NCBI GenBank assembly: GCA_036170915.1
Contig: JAVHQC010000006.1
Span: 32,001-96,000 of the forward strand
Reading direction: 5' to 3'
Source: Cyanobacteria bacterium auto_48_18
Lineage (GTDB): Bacteria; Cyanobacteriota; Vampirovibrionia; Obscuribacterales; Obscuribacteraceae
Length of the DNA: 64,000 bases
Position 1 is the first letter of the stretch; the number at the start of each line of letters is the position of its first letter. This document shows positions 30,176 to 40,010 of the stretch, in pieces. The position numbers and the translations under genes were made by a program. Under the pieces are notes generated by a model. That model saw nothing but the letters and a program-made list of their open reading frames with translations. It was not told where the DNA came from and did not search any database.

Positions 30176-30202
30176 TTGCTCTCTATAAGGACAACGTAAA
30201 CT

Positions 30203-31399
30203 GTGCCGGAAAACGACAAACTTATAGACCTCCAGCGCAAACTGGTCATCGCTGTCCTTTCGGTCATTCTTTTTGGTGTGGTCTCTGTTTCTGCCTTTTA
30301 TTTTCTCGATATTATTCGCATTCTAGGTATATCGATTTTACTTTCTTATCTCTTCATCAGCTTGGTTGACTGGTTTGAGAAGTATTTGAAGAATCGCTCG
30401 GTGGCCATTTTTATTGTTTACAGTATTGTAGCTGTCGTCTTGGCAATTTTGATGCTGACGGTGGTGCCATCGCTGGTGGTGCAGCTGAATCAGCTCGTAG
30501 AATCTGTATTTCATGAGTTGCCGCGCACTATCGAGAGTTTTGGTCGCTCTCTGGCTCCCTTTGATCAAAGGTTGCATGCGGCCCAAATCCAGCTTCGCGC
30601 CATCGATTTGCTGACCTCGATCGCCCAGAATGTGCCCAAGCCTGATACATCTATGATTTTTTCGCGAGTGGGCGAAGTGGCTATGTCGACTATGACCTGG
30701 TTACTTTACGCACTGAGTATTCTGGTTGTGTCTTTCTACTTTATGCTCGACGGCTATCGCATGACCGGTTGGGTGATTTCTACTTTCCCCAAGCGTTATC
30801 ACAGCAAGCTTACGGCTATGACTGCCGAAATTGACGTCAGTCTGCAGGCCTTTTTCCGCGGCCAGCTGGTATTGGGCCTCTTTTTTGGCCTGGTGATGCT
30901 GGTTGTTTATGTAGTCATCGGTGTGCCATTCGCCCTGGTGCTGAGCGCACTGCTTGCCATATGGGAAGTGGTGCCTGTTATTGGACCACCGATTGGTTTC
31001 CTTCCGGCCCTAATTGTGGTGGCTTTGAACGGCCTAGACAATGTGCCGCTCAATCGTTTTGGCCAGGTGGCAGTGCTGATTCTGGTTTTCAATGTTTTTC
31101 AGTGGCTCAAAGACAATCTTGTAGCGCCACGCTACATCGGCAATAAAATTGGTTTGCATCCGGTGGTAATTTTTATCGCCATTATGATTGGCGCCAGAAT
31201 CGACGGTATGTTGGGAATTATTTTCGCCATTCCGGTGGCAAGCGCCTTAAACGTCGCCTATCGTCATCTGCTCGAAGACAATAAAGGAGAGACACTAGCT
31301 GAGGCTGAAGTCAAAGCGGAAGTTCTCTCAGAAAAAGTAGAAGACAAATTAGAGCTGAAGATTGCCAGTATTGACGAAGCACCAGGTACGGTGCTCTAA
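30203..31399 (+). CDS. AI-2E family (PerM) transporter
   Basis: FFRGQL, VPVIGP, PRYIGNKIGLHP. Confidence 0.9.
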   Translation: MPENDKLIDLQRKLVIAVLSVILFGVVSVSAFYFLDIIRILGISILLSYLFISLVDWFEKYLKNRSVAIFIVYSIVAVVLAILMLTVVPSLVVQLNQLVESVFHELPRTIESFGRSLAPFDQRLHAAQIQLRAIDLLTSIAQNVPKPDTSMIFSRVGEVAMSTMTWLLYALSILVVSFYFMLDGYRMTGWVISTFPKRYHSKLTAMTAEIDVSLQAFFRGQLVLGLFFGLVMLVVYVVIGVPFALVLSALLAIWEVVPVIGPPIGFLPALIVVALNGLDNVPLNRFGQVAVLILVFNVFQWLKDNLVAPRYIGNKIGLHPVVIFIAIMIGARIDGMLGIIFAIPVASALNVAYRHLLEDNKGETLAEAEVKAEVLSEKVEDKLELKIASIDEAPGTVL

Positions 31400-31471
31400 C
31401 TTCTTACACAGGGCTGGAACCGAACCTGAAAAACTAAGCCTGAGATCTTAAACTTGAGATCTGAAACTGGC

Positions 31472-31678
31472 CTACTTGGCTTTTTGACCCTGCTCGAATT
31501 TTTTCTGGTTCTTGATGGCTTCAGTCTTTTGCTTCTTGGCCATTTCGTCTGGTGTGAGAAGCTCGCCTGTGCCGCCCAGATCTCTAGAAAGACTGTTAAA
31601 GATTGTGTTTTGGAGCACGATGCCAAGGATAACGCATATCGCCAGGCCTAACAGAATTAACTTGGTATTGTTTGACAT
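31472..31678 (-). CDS. Small single-TM protein (68 aa)
   Basis: AGGA upstream; N-terminal TM and basic tail. Confidence 0.6.
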   Translation of the reverse strand: MSNNTKLILLGLAICVILGIVLQNTIFNSLSRDLGGTGELLTPDEMAKKQKTEAIKNQKKFEQGQKAK

Positions 31679-31960
31679 CCGCCGTTCCTGCCGTAGTGTT
31701 GAACCTAATCTGATTTCCTAAACGTTCCCCGCAATTATATGAGCATAACGAACTGGCTGCATAGGTCTGAGGCTGATAAATCATCAAATAGTGCCTGGTT
31801 GGCCTCAAGTTAGATATTTCGCTTTGTAAGTCAATCCACGCGAGCTCTTTCCAAGTGGTTTAGATGCTAATCATACAAGGGTATGATAGCTATCGTTCAG
31901 GGCGGCTGGGTGAGCTCGGCATTGCACTTGGATTTTCCCAAATTGAAAGGGCTGCACAAA

Positions 31961-32929
31961 GTGAATAATTCACAGGCTTTCGCCAACACTAGTCCAGGTC
32001 AAACCTCACCCTACACGGGTGCTGCCAAGGCGCTGGTGCAAAACATGGGCAAAGCTCTGGTAGGTCAGGCAAAACCGGCGAAGCTGGCGGTAGTAGCACT
32101 GCTGGCTGGTGGTCATGTGCTGCTTGAAGATGTACCTGGTGTGGGCAAAACGCTCCTGGCCAAAAGTCTCGCTAATTCGGTCAAGGCAAATTTTAAGCGC
32201 ATCCAGTGCACACCTGATCTTCTGCCCTCAGACGTCTCCGGTGTCAACATTTTTGACCAGAAAGATAGCTCTTTCCACTTTTTGCCAGGGCCGATTTTCA
32301 CCAACATACTTCTGGTTGATGAAATTAACCGCGCCACACCCCGCACTCAATCTTCTTTGTTAGAAGCAATGGAAGAGGGTCAGGTCACCAGTGATGGTAC
32401 TACCCGGCCTCTACCCCAGCTCTTTTTTGTTATCGCTACTCAAAACCCAATTGAACACCACGGCACATTCCCGTTGCCGGAAGCCCAGCTCGACCGGTTC
32501 ATGATGTCTATGTCACTTGGTTATCCGCAGGCAGATCAAGAAGCGGAAATAATTAAGAAGACAATGCGTGACGGGGCTTTTAATGTCGATTCGATTTTAA
32601 GTACAGAAGACGTTCTAGCCGCGAGACTGGGCGTTAGAAAAATATTTGTTCACGACGCTCTTGTTAATTATGTTGTGCAAATCGTTCAGACCACAAGAAA
32701 GCATCCATCGGTATTGCTCGGGGTCAGCCCACGGGGCTCGCAATTATTAGTAAAGGCGGCACAGGCCAACGCCTTTATCGATGGTCGCGATTTTGTCACT
32801 CCTGATGATATTAAGCTGCTTGCCCCTGCTGTGTTCGGCCATCGTGTGCTACCAAAAGTAAAGACCAACCGGGTCAGTCATGCAGAACTCATCGAAAAAA
32901 TCCTTGAGACCGTCCCCGTCCCAGCCTAG
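31961..32929 (+). CDS. moxR: MoxR family AAA+ ATPase
   Basis: DVPGVGKT, RIQCTPDLLPSD, DEINR, ATQNPIE, LPEAQLDRF; start uncertain (31883-31961). Confidence 0.95.
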   Translation: MNNSQAFANTSPGQTSPYTGAAKALVQNMGKALVGQAKPAKLAVVALLAGGHVLLEDVPGVGKTLLAKSLANSVKANFKRIQCTPDLLPSDVSGVNIFDQKDSSFHFLPGPIFTNILLVDEINRATPRTQSSLLEAMEEGQVTSDGTTRPLPQLFFVIATQNPIEHHGTFPLPEAQLDRFMMSMSLGYPQADQEAEIIKKTMRDGAFNVDSILSTEDVLAARLGVRKIFVHDALVNYVVQIVQTTRKHPSVLLGVSPRGSQLLVKAAQANAFIDGRDFVTPDDIKLLAPAVFGHRVLPKVKTNRVSHAELIEKILETVPVPA

Positions 32930-34499
32930 CGCTGCGGGGAGCACCAAATCTGGTGCAGGTAAGCCAATGCCTCCGGCGCCAGCCGGTTCAGGCATGGGAT
33001 CTGGCATAGGCTCAGGTCCGGGCATGGCCCCAAATGTGAGCTCAGGCCTGGCTCCAGGACGTCCGCTAGATACAAGCACGCCCTTCGGTAACTCCGGCGG
33101 TCGGCGGTTGAAACTTCCTGTTGGTTTTGGGTACAGCGTCTATTTGGAAGGCCGACAGTTTGGCATGCTGGTGGTTTCGGTAGGGCTTTATATTTTTGCT
33201 GCAGTGGTAGCCAGCGAGTGGATTTATTTGCTTTCTGCCGCTTTTCTCGTAGCTTTGATTCTAGGTTTTGTTCTGCCATTTTTTGAATTGGCTGGGCTTA
33301 CTGCCAGTTACTCTTTGCCTCAAGAAGTAGCTCCGCTGGAAACTGCCACCATAAAAGTAAATATCAAGCGTCAGTTTAAACTGGGGCCGATATCATGGGT
33401 GGTGCCAACGCGTGCTCTGCGCATGACGGTCAATATGCTCAAGCGCTCGACTGATGGCTTACCGAGCGACGTCACCGTCGCCCCAGATCCAGTCTATATA
33501 GATAAACTTGAAAGTTCTGAATGGTACAGCTTTCCTACACCATCGCTCAAACGCGGCATCTATTATCTCGATAGCATCGAACTGACAACCTGCTTTCCTT
33601 TCGGTATTGTCTGGTGGACGCGCTCGGTAAAATTGAAAAAAGCTGCGGGCGACTCCGATGCCAGCATTACTGTTTATCCAAATGTTCTATCGATTTCAGG
33701 TAATTTCCTTTATCGACTGACCGGCATCGTTTCGCCCATGGGTCATGCCACTTCCACTTCGGTGATCACTCACCAATCGAGCAGCTTTAGAAGCGTGCGC
33801 GACTTTCGCAGCGGCGACAGCCTGCGCCACATTCACTGGGCCTCTACCGCTCGACAGGGCAAAATGCTGGTGCGCGAATTCGATTCAGAGACGCTGCCGG
33901 TCTTTGATATTTTGCTTAATCTTCGCGCTAATTACCGCTCTCCTGAACAATTTGAATTGACGGTCACCTTAATCAACTCACTGGTGCATCTTGGTCACAG
34001 CCTTGGTCACATGCCCAGGTTGATTCTCAATCCTTCTACCGAATCTGCCGACTTGCAGCCGCTCATGGCCGACTTGCCTCACGTGCCTCCAGGTTTGGCC
34101 TTGACCGCCGAAATATTGGCTCGAGTAGAGCCCATTACTAAGGTGGCGGCCAATCGCAAAACTATTGAAGAGGAAGAGGCGACAGATTTTGAAACCTGGT
34201 CGCATGTTAATGACCGGCCCTTGCTCACAGTTCTGCCTACTTCCGAAAAAATCATGAAATACACTCCGGGCAAGGGCGACGTGGTCTGTCAGCCTGTAGA
34301 AGTGGTGGAAGTTTCGCCCAACTGGCAAGATGAGAGCGAACCTTTGCCGGGGATGGAAAACCAGAATAGCGAAAAAGGCGTAAACTTTAAGAGTGCACGT
34401 GGAGCTTCAACTAAGAAGTCAGAGCGCAACGAAATCGGCCCTACTGGTGGCATGGTAGTGGCTCGCGTGGAGTCGGAAGGAGATTTTGACGGCTTATGA
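32880..34499 (+). CDS. DUF58 family protein
   Basis: VRDFRSGDSLRHIHWASTARQGKMLVREF; true start may be 32967. Confidence 0.9.
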   Translation: MQNSSKKSLRPSPSQPSAAGSTKSGAGKPMPPAPAGSGMGSGIGSGPGMAPNVSSGLAPGRPLDTSTPFGNSGGRRLKLPVGFGYSVYLEGRQFGMLVVSVGLYIFAAVVASEWIYLLSAAFLVALILGFVLPFFELAGLTASYSLPQEVAPLETATIKVNIKRQFKLGPISWVVPTRALRMTVNMLKRSTDGLPSDVTVAPDPVYIDKLESSEWYSFPTPSLKRGIYYLDSIELTTCFPFGIVWWTRSVKLKKAAGDSDASITVYPNVLSISGNFLYRLTGIVSPMGHATSTSVITHQSSSFRSVRDFRSGDSLRHIHWASTARQGKMLVREFDSETLPVFDILLNLRANYRSPEQFELTVTLINSLVHLGHSLGHMPRLILNPSTESADLQPLMADLPHVPPGLALTAEILARVEPITKVAANRKTIEEEEATDFETWSHVNDRPLLTVLPTSEKIMKYTPGKGDVVCQPVEVVEVSPNWQDESEPLPGMENQNSEKGVNFKSARGASTKKSERNEIGPTGGMVVARVESEGDFDGL

Positions 34500-37363
34500 G
34501 CAAACGTGAAAGCTTACCTCCTGAAGATTCAATTCCTCTGCGAATTATTGTCTATTTGATGACCCTGACTTGCATTTTGGCCAGCTGTATCTTTGTTAAG
34601 ACAGCGTGGCCAGTGGCTGTGCTTGGTTTTACTTTGTGCACGATTGGCTCGCTGGTGGCCTATCAGTATCGCCACGAGAACCAGAAGTGGATGCAGATTA
34701 TTGTAGTGGTGGGCGTGCTTGCTGTGGGAGCCAATGCTCTGGCCGAATTTATGAACCCGATGAACGGACCGGCCGATTTCTGGGGCCCGGTGGTGCACTT
34801 TATCGCCGGTACTTTTGCTTTGCATACCTTTGATTTGAAATCGCGTTCTGATATCAATCTTTCAGCAATGCTCGGCGCCTTAATTTTGTGCTGCCTTTCA
34901 CCTGTGGCTCGCAGTCTGGCTTTCGGTGGTGCGGTGCTCACTTACATCAGTCTTGGCACCGTCATGCTTTATTACGATTGCATGTCGCGCACTTTGACCA
35001 ACTGGCTTGATAGACCGATGAAACCGGCGCCGATAGTGCCGTCTTTTGTCACCGATAAAAGACGCAGCCCCAGCGGTAGCGCTCAGTTGACTCTGGCTCT
35101 ACTGCCCATCATCACTTTGATTTCTTTTCTCGTGGTACCGCGCTCTGATGACACCATGGACATTATTACTTCTAGCCTGAAGAACATGAACTTGGCTAGT
35201 TTGATGCGACTTCTCCCCGACTTCAGCAATCATGATGCTGCTCATCAGCCTACGCGTAATACTTATAACGCCCCTTTACATAATCTTGGTGTGAAGCGCC
35301 TCAACGATGCTGAAAAGAAGGCAGCACAGTTGGCTGCTCAAGAACAGCAAGCCAACAAGCCGCCGGTAACTCCTCCTTCCGGCAAAGGCAAAGACCCTGC
35401 TGCGAAAGCTTCTGCGGCTGAAAGCGAGAAAGAAAAGGAAAAAGAGAAAGAGAAATCCAAAGCTACTGCTAAACCTGCCGAGAAGCAGGCCAAAGACGAG
35501 AAAGTCGGTGAACAAGGATCTGATAAGGGTTCTGGAAAGAAGGCCGGAAAGGAAAGCAAAGCACAAAAAGATCAAAAACTGGCTGATGCTATTGCCAAAG
35601 TTGGTGGTGGCAACGGCGGTAAAAATGGTGCTGGCAAAGGCTCTGGCAAAGGCTCTGGCGAAGGTACTGGTAAAGGCGCTGGTAAAGGCGCTGGCAAAGG
35701 TACTAACGGAACTAACGGAACTAACGGAACAGGCGGCACTGGTGGTGGTGGCGAGGGCGGTTCGCTGGCCAACAAGCTAATTGATATGGACGGCGCTCAA
35801 GAAACCAAATCAAAAGAAATGCTTTTTAAAGTCAGCTCCACACGTCTGTTTTATGAAAGAAGAGCTGTCTTCGACAATTTTGACGGACGCTTCTGGATGC
35901 GTTCCAAAGATTTTCTCACCGCCAAAAATATGGATATCAAGCCAATTACAGGAAAGCCAGAGACTACTGTTGAGCCTCAGGCGGCAGTAACCCCTGGCCA
36001 ACCGGCACTGAGCGAAGAAGCACAAGCTGAAAAAGAACTTGAAGAAGAGCGCTTGCGCTCATTAGATGGTGAGTTGAGCGGCTTCGGCGCAGCAACAGCA
36101 GTGCACTATGTGTTCTTCAAGCCAGAAAAGCCCAATTTTGATGTGAAGAAGGCCAATGCTTTTATTGTGCCGAAAGTTTTGCCCACAGTAGAACTGACTC
36201 AGGGTTATGAAGTACTGTCCGATCTTGATAATGTGGTGCCGGTTTGCTGGATTCCACAGATGGTGGGCATCGGTGGCAAGACTCTAACCGTAGATGATTA
36301 CGGCATGGTACAGAGCTCAGAAGTATTGAAAAAAGGCACCACTTTTAAAGTGGTATCACAACTTCCTCTGTATGATACGGCTCGCATGCGCAATGAGCCG
36401 GTATTGACGATGCAACAAGAAGAAAAGATTCGCAAACAACTGTCGAATTATTTACAACTTCCCGAAAACCTCTCGCCTGAAGTAGTCAATTTCGCTAACC
36501 AGTCTGCCGGACAAACAGGTAACTGGTTCAGCACCGCCGATAAGATTTGCAAGATATTGCGTTCTCACGCTAAGTTTGAAGCCAATAAACCAACTGATTT
36601 CGAAGCCGCGGAAGATCGCATCAGTCAGTTCTTATTTGAGCGCAAGCTCGGCAACAGCAAAGATTTTGCCGCCTCATTTGTGGTGCTTTGCCGCAGTGTC
36701 GGTTTGCCGGCACGGCTAGTGAGCGGTTATGGCATAGGCAAGACCAATAAAATTTCAGGAATGCGCGAAATCTCGAGCTCAGACGCGCACGTCTGGTCAG
36801 AAGTTTTCATACCTGACTACGGATGGGTGCCGTTTGACTCAGTGCCTGACGGTATTCTGCCGGCCCAGGCTCGTGAAGAAGGCTATAGTTTCAGTGCTCT
36901 AGAAAAAATGGTAGAGGCTCAAACCGGCCTCGACTTAAGCGATGATGGTCTCAGCCCGCGGCGCATCATGGGCTGGATTGCCATCATAATTTCGTCGCTC
37001 ATACTGCTTGCCGGCATAATTTACGGCATTATTGTCCTCATCAAACATCTGCGGCAAGAAGCGGCTATGAAGCGATGGCGTGGGCCTGAGTGGAAGCTCT
37101 ACCTGGCCATTATCAAAGACCTGAAGAAGATAAAGATTGAGCGAATGGAGCACGAGACGAGCACTCAATTTGTTCATCGTGTAGCAGACATTATCAAAGA
37201 TCGAATAAAACAAGGCATGAATGCCGATCGTGGTCTGCCGGACGCTTTGTCTGATTTCTTTACCGTCTACGACGCTGTACACTTTGGCAATAAAGATTTG
37301 ATGCCTGATCTGAAAGAGAAAGCTTCAGAGGTGCATAAGCTGGTCAAGTCCAAGGGCAAGTAG
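34496..37363 (+). CDS. Membrane transglutaminase-like protein (TgpA type) with Gly/Lys-rich insert
   Basis: N-terminal TMs; RSVGLPARLVSGY, AHVWSEV, GWVPFD; Ser at the catalytic Cys position. Confidence 0.88.
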   Translation: MSKRESLPPEDSIPLRIIVYLMTLTCILASCIFVKTAWPVAVLGFTLCTIGSLVAYQYRHENQKWMQIIVVVGVLAVGANALAEFMNPMNGPADFWGPVVHFIAGTFALHTFDLKSRSDINLSAMLGALILCCLSPVARSLAFGGAVLTYISLGTVMLYYDCMSRTLTNWLDRPMKPAPIVPSFVTDKRRSPSGSAQLTLALLPIITLISFLVVPRSDDTMDIITSSLKNMNLASLMRLLPDFSNHDAAHQPTRNTYNAPLHNLGVKRLNDAEKKAAQLAAQEQQANKPPVTPPSGKGKDPAAKASAAESEKEKEKEKEKSKATAKPAEKQAKDEKVGEQGSDKGSGKKAGKESKAQKDQKLADAIAKVGGGNGGKNGAGKGSGKGSGEGTGKGAGKGAGKGTNGTNGTNGTGGTGGGGEGGSLANKLIDMDGAQETKSKEMLFKVSSTRLFYERRAVFDNFDGRFWMRSKDFLTAKNMDIKPITGKPETTVEPQAAVTPGQPALSEEAQAEKELEEERLRSLDGELSGFGAATAVHYVFFKPEKPNFDVKKANAFIVPKVLPTVELTQGYEVLSDLDNVVPVCWIPQMVGIGGKTLTVDDYGMVQSSEVLKKGTTFKVVSQLPLYDTARMRNEPVLTMQQEEKIRKQLSNYLQLPENLSPEVVNFANQSAGQTGNWFSTADKICKILRSHAKFEANKPTDFEAAEDRISQFLFERKLGNSKDFAASFVVLCRSVGLPARLVSGYGIGKTNKISGMREISSSDAHVWSEVFIPDYGWVPFDSVPDGILPAQAREEGYSFSALEKMVEAQTGLDLSDDGLSPRRIMGWIAIIISSLILLAGIIYGIIVLIKHLRQEAAMKRWRGPEWKLYLAIIKDLKKIKIERMEHETSTQFVHRVADIIKDRIKQGMNADRGLPDALSDFFTVYDAVHFGNKDLMPDLKEKASEVHKLVKSKGK

Positions 37364-38722
37364 ATGGGCGCCATAACCGCAGAAGCAGTGATTGGAAAAG
37401 CACAGGCAGCAGGTGTGAAACTGGTGCGCTTTTTGTTCAGCGACACCAATGGTTGTGTGCGTGGTAAGAGTTCGAGCATCGCTACTGCCGACGTCAGATT
37501 TAAGACTGGTATCGGCATAGTCAAAGCCTCCATGGCAATGAATTTGCTCGATCAGATGCAGACCGACAGCGGTTACAGTGCTACCGGAGAAGTGCGTTTA
37601 ATTCCAGATCTCCATACTTTCCGTCTTCTCCCTTACACTTTGGCTTCGGCCTCAGTTCTATGCGATATGCAGGAACTAGATGGGACACCCTGGGCCTCTT
37701 GTCCGCGCAATTTTCTTAAAAGACAAATTGAGGCAGCAGCTGAGATGGGCTTTAAGGTGCTTGCCGCGTTCGAGCCCGAATTTATGCTCGGGGTGATGGA
37801 AGCCGGTGAGTTTAGGCCTATCGATAAAGGTTTGTGTTTTTCAACTCAAAGCATGAATGCTGCTGACCGCTTTATCACTCGCCTATTTGATTGTCTTGAG
37901 CGGCAAGATCTCAAAGTCGAGCAATATTACGCTGAGCTTGGTGCCGGTCAGCACGAGCTCAGCATCGAACCGGCAGCGGCGCTCACGGCTGCAGATAATT
38001 TGATTACTTACAGAGAAACCACATACGGTGTGGCCCAGGAGCTCGGTCTGACGGCCACATTCATGCCCAAGCGCTCATCGGAAGATGCTGGCAATGGCTG
38101 CCATTTGCATTTGTCACTGTGGAGCAGTGATGAAAAAACAAATTTGTTTTACGATGGCCAATCACACAATGGTAATTTGAGCGAAATTGGCCTGCAGTTT
38201 ATCGCCGGAATTTTAACTCATTTAAAAGCGCTCACTGCCATCACTTGCCCTTCAGTCAATTCTTACAGACGCCTCAAGCCGCGCAGTTGGAGCTCTGCTT
38301 ATACTTGCTGGGGCATCGATAACCGCGAGGCCGCTGTGCGTGTACCTTCGCTTTTGTCTGGCCGAGAAAATCAAACTTGTAATATTGAACTTAAGTCATG
38401 CGACGCTACTGTAAATCCGTACCTGGCACTGGGAGCAGTAATCGCTTGCGGCTTAGATGGCGTGAAGCGTAAACTTGTGGCACCACCACCAGTGCAATGC
38501 GATCCCAGTGAACTTAGTGATGACGAAATGATTGCCGGTCAAATTGAACGTCTCCCTCAAAGTCTTAATGAGGCATTAACCGAACTGGAGACAGATTTAT
38601 TTTTGTTTCAGCAACTGGGGCCCGAGCTGGCAAACACCTTTATCGTCGTTAAAACTTCAGAGGTTTCAGCTTACCTCAATGATGCCGAATTTGAGTTCAG
38701 TACACACTTGTTGAGATATTGA
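37364..38722 (+). CDS. Glutamine synthetase-family gamma-glutamyl ligase
   Basis: FEPEF, GQHEL, TFMPK, GNGCHLHLS, NSYRRL, NREAAVR. Confidence 0.9.
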   Translation: MGAITAEAVIGKAQAAGVKLVRFLFSDTNGCVRGKSSSIATADVRFKTGIGIVKASMAMNLLDQMQTDSGYSATGEVRLIPDLHTFRLLPYTLASASVLCDMQELDGTPWASCPRNFLKRQIEAAAEMGFKVLAAFEPEFMLGVMEAGEFRPIDKGLCFSTQSMNAADRFITRLFDCLERQDLKVEQYYAELGAGQHELSIEPAAALTAADNLITYRETTYGVAQELGLTATFMPKRSSEDAGNGCHLHLSLWSSDEKTNLFYDGQSHNGNLSEIGLQFIAGILTHLKALTAITCPSVNSYRRLKPRSWSSAYTCWGIDNREAAVRVPSLLSGRENQTCNIELKSCDATVNPYLALGAVIACGLDGVKRKLVAPPPVQCDPSELSDDEMIAGQIERLPQSLNEALTELETDLFLFQQLGPELANTFIVVKTSEVSAYLNDAEFEFSTHLLRY

Positions 38723-38734
38723 AATGGTGGCACC

Positions 38735-39898
38735 TTGATCGAGATGGTAGACAATCATGCTCACAATTTGCTCGCTGACTATCGTCAGTGTAGTTTGATT
38801 GATTTTGCTAAGCCGTACTGCGAGAGTCGTTTTGACGAAATGCTGACCAGGCATATTCCGCTGTCTTTGTTTTATCAACATCTGATTAGAAAATTGCTGA
38901 GCCGCTATCGTTGTCCCACTCTTGCTGATTATCTCGAGTTGAGGCTAGAGCAAGATCAAAGTGAGCATCTTAGCGGATTATTTAGCGACGCTGGTATCGA
39001 AACCGTGCTTGTGGACGACGGCTATCACGGTCAAGGAGAGACGCTGTCAGCCCAGAATTTGTCGCGCTTAGCTCAGGTAAAGACTGCAAGAGTCTTGCGC
39101 ATCGAAACAATTTTAGAAAATTTGACTCGTGAATGCACCAGTCTTGACCAGGTGCTCAAAACTTTGCCTGAAGTATTGAACCAAGAACTTAGCGCTGATC
39201 AAAGTTTTCCGGTGGTGGCACTAAAGACCATAGTTGCTTATCGAGGTGGTTTGCAACTCGACTCCGTTAGCTTATCGACTGCGCGCTCAAGTTTTCATCC
39301 TGCTCGCAAAGAAGTCTTAGAAGGCGGCCGCATCAATCGCTCTGCTACATATCACTATCTGCTCAGCGAGGTTTTAGATTTTGCTGTTGCACGCCAGTTG
39401 CCGGTGCAGGTTCATTGCGGCCTCGGAGATGATGATGCGCTTTTGTCGCAAGCCAATCCAGTCCATTTTCAAGCACTTTTGAAAGCCGAGCGCTACCGTG
39501 ACCTTAAGTGCGTATTTTTGCATTGTTATCCATATGTGCGAGAAGTTGCATATTTGGCTTCCATTTATCCGGGCGTCTTTTTTGACCTCTCCCTGGCTAA
39601 CAGTTTGATTGCGCCTGATTTAACTCGTATTTATTACGAAGCGCTTTCGGCCGCTCCCGTTTCTAAGATTTTGGCCGGCACTGACGGCCACAGTCAGCCT
39701 GAGTCTTACTGGTACGGCGCCATGTGTTTACGGCGCAGCCTGACTGAAGCACTTAAAGAGCTGGTAGAAAGAGACTATATGCTCAAAGGGCAACAGGTTG
39801 AGGTTGAGCGGGCGATTCTAAGAAGCAACGCTATTAGCCTCTACAAGTTGAATGTCACTAGCAGTTTAAGTGCAGCCACGTCTCAACAAGTTAAGTAG
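38735..39898 (+). CDS. Amidohydrolase_2 family protein (FluG/NodGS N-domain-like)
   Basis: DNHAH, LKTIVAYRGGL, QVHCGLGD, FLHCYPY, GTDG. Confidence 0.88.
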   Translation: MIEMVDNHAHNLLADYRQCSLIDFAKPYCESRFDEMLTRHIPLSLFYQHLIRKLLSRYRCPTLADYLELRLEQDQSEHLSGLFSDAGIETVLVDDGYHGQGETLSAQNLSRLAQVKTARVLRIETILENLTRECTSLDQVLKTLPEVLNQELSADQSFPVVALKTIVAYRGGLQLDSVSLSTARSSFHPARKEVLEGGRINRSATYHYLLSEVLDFAVARQLPVQVHCGLGDDDALLSQANPVHFQALLKAERYRDLKCVFLHCYPYVREVAYLASIYPGVFFDLSLANSLIAPDLTRIYYEALSAAPVSKILAGTDGHSQPESYWYGAMCLRRSLTEALKELVERDYMLKGQQVEVERAILRSNAISLYKLNVTSSLSAATSQQVK

Positions 39899-40010
39899 GC
39901 GGCAAAAAGTTCGAAATCACGGCTAAAATCGCTGCATGTATTATGGGCTTTGCGATTCTGGCGCCTGACAAGTCTCTGGTCAAGTGGGGCGATGCCTTAC
40001 AATTTAATGT

